A DNA stretch of 51,809 nucleotides from Schmidtea nova. Its lineage: Eukaryota. Of the stretch, positions 36,791 to 48,634 are shown piece by piece. Below the pieces are notes generated by a model. The model was not told where the DNA came from and searched no databases. It saw nothing but the letters and a program-made list of their open reading frames with translations. A program made the translations under genes and the position numbers. The first letter of the stretch is position 1, and the number at the start of each line of letters is the position of its first letter. Location of the stretch: positions 202,442,192 through 202,494,000 of the forward strand of contig CM097882.1 in the NCBI GenBank assembly GCA_044892505.1, read 5' to 3'.

Positions 36791-37149
36791 CTGAGGGATC
36801 TCCTCTAGCAGCGTCCTTGTTATTGGATGTGCTGTTCTGTCTTTTGCATACTCCATTACATTCTTTCGAACTTCTGACAGTATATTGAAATCGTGCCACC
36901 ACCTCCATTCCGGTATAATTTCTCTGGTTTTCCTTGCCAGTTCTTTGATGTCTATTATCTCCCTTCGGTTGTCCTCTAGACTTGTTTGCGGCTTTTGTTG
37001 TACTCGCAACATACTGATTCTCGCCGTCTGTGATCTTGTCATTACCCGTTTCTCTGGTGATAGAGTTGCTGTCTTTGGTATTTTCCTGCATCGACATGCA
37101 TTCACGTATATTGGTCTTACCAATGGATTGTTCACCAATCGTACTCGCA

Positions 37150-40100
37150 CATTATTTTCGTTTACTGTTGTGATTTCATATGGCCCTTTGCCTGGTCGTT
37201 GGAGTTTTTTGACCGTACCGGGTATTATCTCTGGTGTTTCGATTATCACCCAATCTCCAACTTTTAAATCATGTGCTTTCACATTCTTTTTCTGATCATG
37301 CAGATCCTTGTAACTCTCTTGATAGAACTTGATGTTCAGTTCCGCCGTTTTCCAGATTTCTTGCATTCTTTCTTTGAACTTTGTAACGTAATCGTCAACC
37401 TCCATGTACTGTGATAATGGTGGTTGGTATTCTAAATCGATCGGTAAGTTGCAATCTCTTCCGTACATCAGTTGGAATGGACTTAGCTTTGTTGCCGCAT
37501 GTATTGACATTCTGTATGCCATTAAACACAAGTTTATATACTCGTCCCAGTCAGTCTGGTGTTTGCTGACGTAATTCGACAACATGCGTATTAATGTTCC
37601 ATTGAATCTTTCTGTTTGACCGTTCGTTTGTGGATGGTATGGGGATGTTCGTAATTTCGCAATTCGGAAGTAATTCGTAACTTCGTCTAATATTTCACTC
37701 ATGAAATTTGTTCCTTGATCCGTTAGGATTTTCTTTGGTGTTCCGTATCTGCAGCATATCTCTTCCACCAATATTCTCGCGACTGTTTTTGCCTTTTGAT
37801 CCGGTATTGCGTATGCTTCTGGGAACTTTGTTAGATAGTCCGTGACTACTAATATATACTGATTCCCCTTTAAACTTTCCGGCAATGGTCCAACTACATC
37901 CATTGCTATCGTCGCCATAGGTTCTGCAGGTATTGGCATTGGTTTTAGTGGTGTTTTCCACTTCGTTCCGACGTTCTTTCTTGTCGCACAGGTTAAGCAG
38001 TTCTTTATCCATTCTTTCACATCATCTTCCATGGTTGGCCAAAAATACTTTTGTCTCAATCTCCCGATTGTCTTTTTTGCTGACATATGTCCGCCTAATT
38101 TTCCGTCATGATATTGAGTCATGATTTCCTTTCGTCTGTTCGCAGGTAAGCACATTAATCTCCGTTCTCCATCTTGTATCAATAACCATCCTTTCTCCAC
38201 CACATATCTATGTTGATATTTCTGCATATGTTCGCGCAACGTTTGGTTCTTGCCGAATATTTCCATTTCCCTTTCTTTCAGATACTTGCTGATCATTCCC
38301 AACTCCTCATCTTCGAGTTGATCTTTCCTTAGTTCGCTGAAATCCAAATCTTCCGCTATTAATGCACATATTTTTAGAGCATTCAGGTTCACCAATTCTG
38401 GAAATGTAAACCTTGACATGCAATCCGCATTTGCATTTGCTTTTCCTGCTTTAAACTTTATGAATGGCGAGTATTCCTGCAACTGCATCGCCCAACGCAT
38501 CAATCTACTTGATGATTCTTTATGTTGACCTAACCATACCAATGGTTGATGATCCGTCGTGATATATATTTCATGACCCCACAATAAGTACTTGAAATGC
38601 TTGATTGCCAATATTATCGCATAGGCTTCTCTTTCCGTGACTGAGTAATTCTTTTCGTGCTTCCTGAACGTTCGACTGTAATATCCAATTACTCTTTCCT
38701 TGCCTTCTTCGTCAAATTGGCCTAGTACTGCTCCTGCTGCATATCCACTTGCGTCTGTTGCCAACAGAAATGGCTTCTTAAAGTCTGGATGGACCAATAT
38801 TGGTGCTGTAATCAGCTTATCTCGTAATGTTTCAAATGCTGCTTGCTGTTCTGGTCCCCATACAAACGACACGTCTTGTCTTACTAATTCTTGCATTGGC
38901 TTTGATATTCCGGCATAGTCCTTGATAAACTTTCGATAATATCCACACAATCCCAAAAATTCTTGTATTTGAGTCACTGTCTTTGGTGGTGGACATTCTT
39001 TAACTTTCTCGATATTCCTTGGATCTGGTTCTTTTCCTTTTGCCGATACAATGTGACCTAAGAATGTCACTTTTTCTTTTGCCCAATCGCACTTTGACGG
39101 CTTTAATTTCAGTTTCCATTGCCTTAATTTCACGAACACATTTCTGATGTCTTGCAAGTGATCCTCGAATGTTGCAGAGTAGATCAATAGATCGTCGATG
39201 TACACCATGCATTGTTTTATGCCATGTGTTACGAAATTCATGCATCTCTGGCATGATGCTGGCGCGTTTGTTAACCCAAACGGCATTTTCTTGAATTGGT
39301 ACAGATCTCGTCCGATTGTAAATGCTGTCTTCTCTTTATCCTCGTCTTTCATTTTGATCTGCCAATATCCACTTTTTAAATCCAGTGACGTGAAATAAGC
39401 TGCTCCTTGTAACGTCAATAACATTTCGTTTATGTCTGGCAGTGGGTACGTATCTCTTTTCGTAACTGCGTTCAATCGTCTGTAATCGATACAGAATCTC
39501 TGAGTTCCATCCTTCTTTTTCACCATCACCACTGGGAATTGCCAGGGTGAGCAACTAGGTTCGATGACCTCTGCATCTAACATCTTTTGTACCTCTTCTT
39601 CTGCCACTGCTTTTTGCGCTTCTGCCAATTTATATGGTCGTAATGCGATTGGCGTTTCGTCCGTCAACGGTATCGTATGTAATGTTACATCGCATGTTCC
39701 TAAATCCAGATCCGATGCTGCGAATATATCTTTATACTCCATCAACAGTTTCTGTAGCCGTTCTTTTTGTCGTTCGTCTAACAACACACTGTCGATTTTC
39801 CATGGTAATTCGCCTTTGCCTTTCTCATTCTTGTCTGGTATCTCGATTTCGGACATGGGTGTTAATTTACCCAAATTCTCATTCTCGTATATTATCTTGT
39901 CCTCTTCGTCGAAGTTTACCAGATTAATCGGTATTTCTCCTTCTTGGTTTATCGTGACCAATTCTCTTGCCATTGGTAATTCTTTCTTTGCTTCGAACTT
40001 CTTACTGGGTTCGAATATCATATCTCCTTTTATTGTCGAATCGATCTTTACATAACACATCATTTCATGTCTCGCTGGCACTACTATTTGTTCCGCACTT

Positions 40101-40480
40101 GCCACTTTAACTTTCATCCTGCAGATTTTTCCTGTCCTATCTTTTAACTTCATTGCTCCTAGATCAATTATGATTTCCTTGAACAGGTCTGGCATCAGGT
40201 CAGTTCCAATAATACATGGTACACTCAGCGATGGTATTACAGCGATGTACGTGTTGATCTCTGCACCTCGATGCTTAATTTTTACAAACCATCTTCCGGC
40301 TACTTCTACTGTCTCTTGACTGCACGCGATTACATGTACGTTCGTCTTCTCGATTTCTCCTTGATTTTTCTCTGGTATATAGTTGATGTCGATTGCCGAA
40401 ATATTCGCGCCTGTATCGATCATTGCTTCAATTTCTCTGCCATTTATTTCTACGGTTGTTGTTAAGATCGGTCCCATATT
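37150..40480 (-). CDS. pol: Pol domains: aspartyl protease, RT, RNase H, integrase (within ORF 35525-43984)
   Basis: PR AMIDTGAN (~40415); RT RFCIDYRRLN, LDLKSGYWQ, MPFGLTNAP, VYIDD (39191-39205); RH ATDASG...TDHQPL; IN HHCC finger, MDVVGP / TDQGTNF / NGQTERFN, GPY motif. Domain edges approximate. Confidence 0.97.
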
Positions 40481-40699
40481 TGTGGACATAACCGCTATCG
40501 TGTGCGTGTCTTCTAACGAGTTTACACTTCCACCTCGTTTTACTTTGCATCCTTCGGGAATTATCGGGTATATACTTGTCATCGGCATCATCTGCATCAT
40601 ATTCGGCTTCGCTTTGTATATTGGTTCGTTATACATTGACTGAGGTGGAGCGCTGTATCTCCAATTCTCAACTGCACTCTTTTCGTTATACTGTGGAAT

Positions 40700-42850
40700 C
40701 TGGTTTATATTCGCTTGTCCTCCTCGATCGTCATCGTCATCGTCGTCGTTGCTTGAATCATCTTGTGTTCGATATCCCTTCACTCTTTCCCATAATCCTT
40801 TCCTTTCTTTCTTGAGTTGTCGCCTTGCTTGTTCGTCTTGCATTATCTTTTTGAATTTTCTTCCGACATCTTCATTTGTTCCTTTCATTTTTGCAAGTAT
40901 TTTCAACAATCTCTTTATTCGATGAATGTCTTTTGAGTGTCCGTGTAACACCATCGTTTTCGCAAGGAATGGTAAAAACCCTACTACCATCTTCCAATTC
41001 ACTTTCTTTTCTCTTTTGTAGATATCGAAACACGCTAACATTTGCGTTATTATCACTCTGACGATTTGTATTATCAATATAACACCCAGTATTCCAGCCA
41101 TCATTTGTCCAAATATCAGGAATCTTCCCCACATTGCCTTCATCATATTTTCTGTGGCTTTCTTGAAATGTGCCGGTGACAACAACAGTTCGTAATTCGG
41201 TCCTTCTCGATAATTCGTTCCTCCCGTTATTGTTACGATATTTGACAGTAATGCTTCTCTTCTTGCCGGAAATAGTATATTCTGTCTTGCTGCTTCCAGA
41301 TCTTTTGGACTATAGATTCCGTTGTTTGAGACATCTACGTCACTGAACTGTCTATCCTTCGATAACTGCATTAGCTCAAATTCTCTTGGTGCTAATACTT
41401 CTGTTCTTCCTGGGAACATAACCCATTTGCCATCTGGCTTCTGATAAAGCGGTCCGTACGCGTTACTACAGTTGAATGGATTTGGTTCAAACCCTGGTGG
41501 ATTGATGATTCTCGTCACCGGTTGAACGTATCGTACTTTTCCTTTGTAATCGATTTCTAGTTCGTTTGTACATTGTCCAGGTTTCAACTGCGTTGTTGCT
41601 GCTAGCGATGCATGTGTCTTTTCGCAAATGTATACGTACATTGCCTCTCCAACCACTCTTCCGAAATGTCCTTCTCTCAGTGGTAATAACGGCATCGCGC
41701 TATCTGGATTCGTAATCGCTACGGCCAACTTTGTCTTCAATATTTCCCGATTCAGTATACAATCGTTGTTTATCAGATCATAGTACACTTTTTGCAATGA
41801 GGCTTGTCCTCTATGGAATAAGAAATCCATTTTATTATTCACATACAAGTGTAGCTTGATATCCATGGTGTCGATCTTGGGTTTCGCATTCGGCACTTCT
41901 TGCTTTGACACGTATATTCCTGGATAGTTCGTTTCGTATACTGTTGTACTGCACTTAAGGGTTGCTTTCCCTTTTATGAATCTCATGCCCACATCCTGAT
42001 TTGTGGTTATCAACACTGTTGGTGTGGTTCTCATTTCTATCCGTTTCTCTCTATGATCCGGTTTCAATTGTCTTTTATTCTCTAAAGCCTCTTTGAGATG
42101 TTTTGCTCTAGCTTTGTCATCATCATCTTCTTCTTGGAATGTTTTCCCTTGAATTTCGTCAAACTTTGCTCCTTGTAGCAGTTGTAATTGACATTCGTTC
42201 ACTTTTGGTTTGTATACCAATGTTGACATTCCCGTTTGACACATGCTTCTGTCAATTTTACACATGGATAACGTTTTCATTTCTCCTGTTGTTGGTTCGA
42301 AGAATGCTTCGTAACTTTTCAGTTCAACTATGTACGTATCCATTACTACTAAGTTGGTTGCGGGTACTCCGAATATTGGGTAGGTTTCTCCTTGACAATA
42401 CCCTTCTCCTCCCGTAATCCGTCCTGCTACATAATACGTCTGCTGTAACATCATTCCTGGCTTTCCTTTTATCTTGATTTTATCTCTCGTTGTTACTTCT
42501 CCATGTTTGAACAATGCTTCGCAGTCTTCTCCTTGCAACACAATTGGTTCTCTTTCGGTTCCTGGCATGACAATTGCTGAATAATGTCCTCTACCGCAAT
42601 AGAATGCGAATCTCGTCTTTTGCACTTTGCATTCATTCACCATTGTCTTTATTAGTTCTGCCTCTTGATACACGTGATACCATTGTTCCTTTTTGATCTC
42701 TTTCAATTTTACTGGAGTTGCATCTTTGCACTGCTCCGTACCTCTCAATGAGTACTTTTCTCCTAACTTCATTTGATCACAGTCAAATACTTCAAATGTT
42801 GTTACACCCTCTGTGCTTAACAACCATACTATCATCATCATGATTATCGA
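40700..42850 (-). CDS. env: Envelope glycoprotein, chuvirus (Jingchuvirales)-like class III fusion type, between Gag and Pol
   Basis: Signal-like NSIIMMMIVWLLS then FEVFDC...YSLRGTEQC; CKVQKTRFAFYCGRGHYS; YVNNKMDFL...VYYDLINNDCILNREIL...GEAMYVYIC; TM FLIFGQMMAGILGVILIIQIVRVII. Family assignment comes from my recollection of the motif pattern, not from a search. Confidence 0.8.
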
Positions 42851-42964
42851 GTTCAAATTCAACGTCGATCTTCCGTTTCCTTGCATCGTTTGTCTATTCT
42901 CCATTTCTCTCAATACTCCTTCAAGTTTCTTTCTCATCACGTTTGACCCTTCTTTTGTCTGGTT

Positions 42965-43360
42965 CTCTTTTATGAACTTTTCCCATCCTCCTTTTCTGAG
43001 GATATACGGTTCAATTTCTTTCTCGATAATCATCGCCGTATTTTTAATATGTCTTCCCATCGGGCTTGACTTCGGACTTTCTCGGCTTAGCGTTAACAAA
43101 TTGTATATCGTATACGAGATTGCTACTAGATATTTGCTGTCCGTTTCTGCTCCGTTTAGTAGCCTTTTTACCAACGTCGTGGTTCCTTGCCAATCTAGAT
43201 GATTCGATTTTGTTTTCGCCTTGATCAGTTCTGGCATAATCGGTGCTATCGCGTTGTGTAGCATCCTTGCCTTCGTACCGGGTTCGTTTATCCGCCACAG
43301 ATTCTTTAATTCTGGGTCAATTATCGCTAACACATCCATTATCGTTTTGGTGAGCCATTC
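42965..43360 (-). CDS. Divergent Bcl-2-like domain (within polyprotein)
   Basis: BH2-like IEPYILRKGGWEKFIKE (compare Bcl-xL LEPWIQENGGWDTFVE); BH1-position helix LVKRLLNGAETDSKYLVAISY lacks NWGR. Confidence 0.6.
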
Positions 43361-43987
43361 CTCTCCTTGGCAGACTTGATTCTCCTCTTTTCCTCTGATT
43401 TCTGCGATTTTGTCTAATTTCTTCAAGCAAATCTCCCATTGCTCTTGTCTCCTTTCTTCCCTTGTCTTTGGGATTGCTGTTGCTGGATCTATCTTTGGTC
43501 TTCCTCTTGGTCGTTTTTCCATTCCAGTTCCGGTTTCTACAAATCTCGTTACTCTTCCCGTTTCTTCCGTAACATCTCTTCCTTCGTTTGCTCGTTGTTC
43601 TAACCATCTTTCCATTTCTTGAGTAAACTGTGGTTGTTCTTGCTCGTCTTCTGAATCGTTTACCATTTCTATGACTACCTCCTGTTCCACTCCTTGATCG
43701 TCGATTTCTGCTGGTGACGTTATTGGCATCTCTATTATTCTGTCAAAAATATTCGCCGTTGGTTTTTGAGTCAACTTTGTTAATTCTTCTATCGCCTCAT
43801 CACTGTCTGTTAGTATCTCATCGACGTCATACGCTTCTGGCGGTGTTCTCTCTCTCGTTTTTATTGGTGTTGTCCTTGCTTGTCCTGAACTTGTTCCTGG
43901 GGTCATTGTTGACTTCATCGGACTTGGTGTACTCATGCTTCCTTTCGCTTTCTTTTCCTCTTTAAACTTCAGTGGTTGACCCACTAT

Positions 43988-46576
43988 CTATGCCACGGTT
44001 AACGTATTCATTAGATCCAATTGCACTGGTGTCAGCCAGATTTCCAAATTGTTATCCAACGATCGTCCTTGATGTTGCAGGTGGAATGGTAGTTCGTACA
44101 TCAGTTTCTCTTTAACACTTTTCACTTTTTCCGTTAGCATCACCCAAAACTCTTCTTTTCTTTGATTCGGATACATTATCCTCAAATGTATTTTCTGTGG
44201 CGTTTCTTCCGCAAACTCTTTGTTTCTCCACTTTTTTATTGCATCGTCTAGTTGCTCTGGACACCACTCGTTAACTCTCTTGTATTCTGCTATCGCTTTA
44301 GCTACTTTTCTCAAGTTCGTCATGTCTTCTCCATTTGAGATTATGAATTGTGCTAAGCCTTTTATTGTTTGTCTTTTTCCCCGAGTATTTCCTCTCAATA
44401 GCTCGATCAATTCACTCGTTTTCTGTTTCTCCAATTCTGCCCATATTACTGCAGTTTCTGGTCCGTCTAAGTCCGTTGGTAATATCCTCCTTGTTACCAT
44501 ACATATCCGTTTCGTATTCCGTTCATATCTGTCTTCTCCTTCCGGATCTTCTTCATATACGCCTCTTTTCACTTTCCAACATTTCTCTTTGTTATCCCAT
44601 TGCTTCTCTACTGGCGTCAATCGTCGTCTGTTAAGATCCAATTCTCCCAATATTGTCTCCCATTCTGGCTTCATCTGCCAGTTCCGATAGATTTCTACTA
44701 TCTGCCTCAACTTGCGCATAACGTCCTCTTGTCGTTTCTTTCTCCTTTCCTCATCTCTTGGTGTTGCTCTTGGCACATCATCCATTCTGATGACATGTAT
44801 TGTTTGATAATTATCCCATATGCCAATTTTATACGCTCGTCTTTCGTCACGTTCATTCAGTAGGTGTTCTTTGTATTTTATCGCAATGTCATCCTCGAAT
44901 TCATCTTCCCGTTCTCGTTGTAATATCGTCTCATTGATGACATCTACTATTTCTCCCACTTTACTATCTGGTATTACCTCAATTTGTCTTGTCTCTTCAT
45001 TCGGCAATCTCACGGTAATCTTCAGATCTGATACCTCTCCTCGTTTAAACATTTCTTTCCCCATCTTGGCGATTAACTTATCCGTTTTGAAATTTGAGTG
45101 TCTCGTTTGACTGGTATCTCGTATGTTCTCGATACACTGTTTCAAATTCTCATACTCGCTTTTCGTCAATTCCTTTCGATGTTTCTTGATTTGTTGAATG
45201 ATCTGTTCTATCATCGTATTCAAATTCTCCGCCAAGATTCTCTCTTTTGCCTCTATCAACTGAGGTTTTATTCTCATCTCGTAACACGTATTCGCTTCTT
45301 TGACGATTCCTTGTAAGTTCTCTTCCTTTTTGGTGTTGCATATTGATAACGTCGTTATTTCTCCTGGCCAGATGCCTGTGTCTATCATATGCGTGCCTTT
45401 TCTCACCAATCCGTTTTGTGAGTATATGAACTTGTCTTTGTACGAGCTTCCCAATCTGTCCTCAACCCATCGATATATTCCATCCGTCATTGGGTTCTTT
45501 ATCCAGATTCTCGGTGAACACTCGTTTATCCATATTTGTATTACGTATTCGTTCAGTGGCTCTTTCAATAACTTCTCTATGAATTCTTGTATTACCCTCA
45601 CTTCTCCTTCTTGTAACCACTCTTTATACTTCGTCTGCCATACTGCTCGTATAAACTTTCGATATCGTTTCGTGTCGATAAACTCCTCGTTATGGATTAC
45701 TTCCAACGCGTTATCCATCAGCTTCTGAATTTCGTCTTCCGTTACTGACAATGTTTCTATTGTCTCGACTACTTCCATCTTTTTGTCCTCGTTTTCCGGT
45801 TCCTTTAGCATGTCTCCTGCCAGACTGCTAACTTCGCTGTCGTCTTCTTCATCTGACAACTCTTGTCTTGGGTGTCTCAGCATCCCAATATGTGCGGTTG
45901 GTCTCGTTTCGTTTTTGCTAACTTCTTGTATTAGTTCATTCTCGTTTCCTGTTACTTCAGCTTTTCCCATTCTTTTCTCCAATTCGTCTATTTCTTCCAA
46001 CCGTCTTCGTCTTATTTTTCCCTTGAATATTCGACTGATCCGAGTTTGATGTTTCACTGGTGGTGGGATTTTCTCCGGTTCCACCTCTCTGATGATCATC
46101 ACGTTTATTTTTGTCTCCGTTACTCCCATATCTTCCCATATATCAGTCATCTTTAACTTCACTTCCGGTAAATCTTCTGTTTGTAGGAATGCTTCTCTGG
46201 GCAGTTTCATCACTCCCGGCATCATCTCATTTACTTTATTGAACAATCTTCCCACTTCTTCTTTTACATCGTATTTGAATCGCCACACGTGATCATTCGG
46301 CATGATCACCAACATTCCTCTTTGTTTGATTCTCACTTCCTCTTCTTGATTCGTTTCTTTTTCTGTTTCTTTTTCTTTTTCTACTTCTTCATCCTTTTGA
46401 TTCTGCTCTGCGGCTTCTACTTCCTGATTCACTTCTTCTTGTTTCTGCTCTTCGTTTCTTTTCTCTTTAATTTCTAACTCGTCTGACTCATCCTGCTGCT
46501 TCTCTTCCATCATTGCTCGCATCATGTTGATCCTTGGATTTCCCTTTTTTAACTGTTGTAATCGTTGTTGCCTGAC
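43988..46576 (-). CDS. Polyprotein segment with three ubiquitin-like (beta-grasp) domains
   Basis: Ubl-like stretches GMLVIMPNDHVWRFKY... (~46320-46085), LKITVRLPNEETRQIEVIPDSKVGEI...TIHVIR (~45030-44785), IHLRIMYPNQRKEEFWV...NTLTV (~44195-43991); in frame with both neighbours. Confidence 0.6.
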   Translation of the reverse strand, partial: VRQQRLQQLKKGNPRINMMRAMMEEKQQDESDELEIKEKRNEEQKQEEVNQEVEAAEQNQKDEEVEKEKETEKETNQEEEVRIKQRGMLVIMPNDHVWRFKYDVKEEVGRLFNKVNEMMPGVMKLPREAFLQTEDLPEVKLKMTDIWEDMGVTETKINVMIIREVEPEKIPPPVKHQTRISRIFKGKIRRRRLEEIDELEKRMGKAEVTGNENELIQEVSKNETRPTAHIGMLRHPRQELSDEEDDSEVSSLAGDMLKEPENEDKKMEVVETIETLSVTEDEIQKLMDNALEVIHNEEFIDTKRYRKFIRAVWQTKYKEWLQEGEVRVIQEFIEKLLKEPLNEYVIQIWINECSPRIWIKNPMTDGIYRWVEDRLGSSYKDKFIYSQNGLVRKGTHMIDTGIWPGEITTLSICNTKKEENLQGIVKEANTCYEMRIKPQLIEAKERILAENLNTMIEQIIQQIKKHRKELTKSEYENLKQCIENIRDTSQTRHSNFKTDKLIAKMGKEMFKRGEVSDLKITVRLPNEETRQIEVIPDSKVGEIVDVINETILQREREDEFEDDIAIKYKEHLLNERDERRAYKIGIWDNYQTIHVIRMDDVPRATPRDEERRKKRQEDVMRKLRQIVEIYRNWQMKPEWETILGELDLNRRRLTPVEKQWDNKEKCWKVKRGVYEEDPEGEDRYERNTKRICMVTRRILPTDLDGPETAVIWAELEKQKTSELIELLRGNTRGKRQTIKGLAQFIISNGEDMTNLRKVAKAIAEYKRVNEWCPEQLDDAIKKWRNKEFAEETPQKIHLRIMYPNQRKEEFWVMLTEKVKSVKEKLMYELPFHLQHQGRSLDNNLEIWLTPVQLDLMNTLTVA

Positions 46577-48262
46577 TTATTCTTCTTCTCGTCGTACTCT
46601 AGCCCATTCTTGATTATGTTTCTGTTGACTCTCTCTGTTTTCTCTTTCGGCCTCAGCTTCTATTAACTGGATCATGTTTATCTTTGGTTGAGCAGCTTGC
46701 TGGCTTCCCTTTGCCATGCTTTCGATTATCTCGTGTAATCTGGATACCTCCTGTCTCAACTTAGCTTCTTTCATACTAGCTTCGTTTGCACTGCTGTTTG
46801 GGTTGTTCCGTTGTTGACCTTGATTCCCATAGCTTGGTCGATTCCCGTAATTCGGTCTATTTCCACTGTTTGACCAACTTCTCTGTTGATTACAGTCTCT
46901 TGACATGTGTCCGGTTTTCCCACATGTGTAACACGTTTTCCCATAACATCGATTTTCTGAGTGACCCTTTTGTCCACACAGTTTACAGGCTACATTCTGA
47001 AAACACTCTTGTTGCCAATGTCCGTTTTTCCCACACGTCTGACATTGCCTATTCTGCCTGTCATTGTAACTATTTCCTCCATTCGGGTTCACCGTGATAT
47101 ATCCGTTATTTTTCCTCGCTGGCGGTTCTTTGAACAATCTCTGCGAATGGGGAATACTTTGATTCATGTTTCTTTTTCCTTGTTCTTCATCTTCTGTCGT
47201 TTTTCCCATTACCGCCGTAATTCTCATGTCATTCATTGCCATATGCAATTCGAATAGGTTGGCTGCTTCCAACGCTTCATCTACTGTTTTACATCCTTTG
47301 CATCCCACTTGTGCTCTGATGTCAGGTCTCCTGAGACCTCGTACGAATAACGCTGTCATCAATTCTTCGTCTACTGGGCTTCCTCTATTGAATGCCAGTT
47401 TCGCCAACTTTCTTAATTCACTTGCGTACACTGCATTTGACTCGTTTCTCCTCTGTTTTCTTGCTGAGAACTCATCGAACGCTTCGTTCAACACTTTATT
47501 TATCCCAAACGTCTGTTGGAAGAACTCCTTGATTGCTTCCCACGTTCTGGGTGGATTACTTCCCGATCTCTTCTCAATATACAGATCCAATGCGCTATCT
47601 TTCAAGTATAGCGGGATTCGATTCGCTAACGTTTCTGCACTCCATCCGCATATATCCACGAATATGCCAAATTCCTTTAGAAACGTATCCAATCTACTGG
47701 CGTCTCCATTGAATGGTTCGCCCTTGAATTTTTCTCTTAGATCCTCTCTGTGATCACTCATCCCGATTCCACTATCTTGGAATACTGTACTAGTTTTCTT
47801 TACTTCTAGTTCACCACTTGTTTCTGAATTCGACTCTTCTTCTTCACCACTCTCTGTTTCGTTATCTCTTGATTCGCTTCTTGTTCTGTTTTCCCTGACT
47901 AGTTCACTGTCTATCGTCTCTACTTCGTTTTGTACTTCTAGATCTTCTGGGGTTTCTTCTTGGTTCTCTTTGTTACTCGAATTATCGCGGATCTCTACTT
48001 GTTTGTTCTTTTGTTGCTTAGGCTTGTTACCTGTTCTTGTCCTTTTTGCTGCTTTTCTTTCTGCTTCCGTTAAGATTGGTATTATACCTGATCTTGTTTC
48101 TCGTCCCTCAATTTTGTCTATTCCTCAACTGCTTATATTCTCAACCGATTTTCTACTTCGCTTTTGCTTTGCTTCTTCTTTGATTTGTTTCCTTTGATTG
48201 CTCTGACTGCTAGATTGCCTTGAATTGCTTGATTGATTTGTTTCCTTAAAACAAATAATCAC
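46577..48262 (-). CDS. gag: Gag (Ty3-type capsid plus three CCHC knuckles) with an in-frame acidic/basic N-terminal extension
   Basis: PFNGDASRLDTFL...PLYLKDSALDLY capsid; CQTCGKNGHWQQEC, CKLCGQKGHSENRC, CYTCGKTGHMSRDC; frame stays open upstream of ATG 47761 to 48262 apart from TGA at 48125-48127. Confidence 0.9.
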
Positions 48263-48634
48263 TTACACGATACGTCCCCGTTATCGTGTTTCTCGTCCCT
48301 CTCACGGGTGTAGTCATAATTCATGAAGATCCCCATTTTTCCCATTTCCCTTGATTTTACGTCTATTTAAATTATCTATGCAGTCGCATCAATTATCTAT
48401 TCTTTATCAAATACACCAATTACTTTTCCCCAGTTTCCCAATTACTTTGTCGCTCAGCGCTCTTATTATCCCCTTTACTTTTCTCAGGCTTCTCTGGCTC
48501 TGAGTTCTAATTTCCCCTTATCTGTTGACTACTCTGTTTCTCGACTACTCACTTTATCTCTTATTCACACTACGTTTACTACTTCATTTCAATTCTCATC
48601 TCTACTCACCTTTAATTCAGCTGACCTCTCTCGT

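Noticed and set aside
39830-40110. dUTPase between protease and RT
   Set aside because: Only the beta-rich linker common in metazoan Gypsy Pol; no dUTPase catalytic motifs visible.
32867-48262. Alternative genetic code with stop reassignment
   Set aside because: All three stop types occur, only four times in over 5000 codons, and other ORFs end normally at them.
48245-48266. 22-nt mini-intron GTAAGT...TTTTAAG joining the short ORF to gag
   Set aside because: Too short, and removing it creates TGA rather than restoring the frame.
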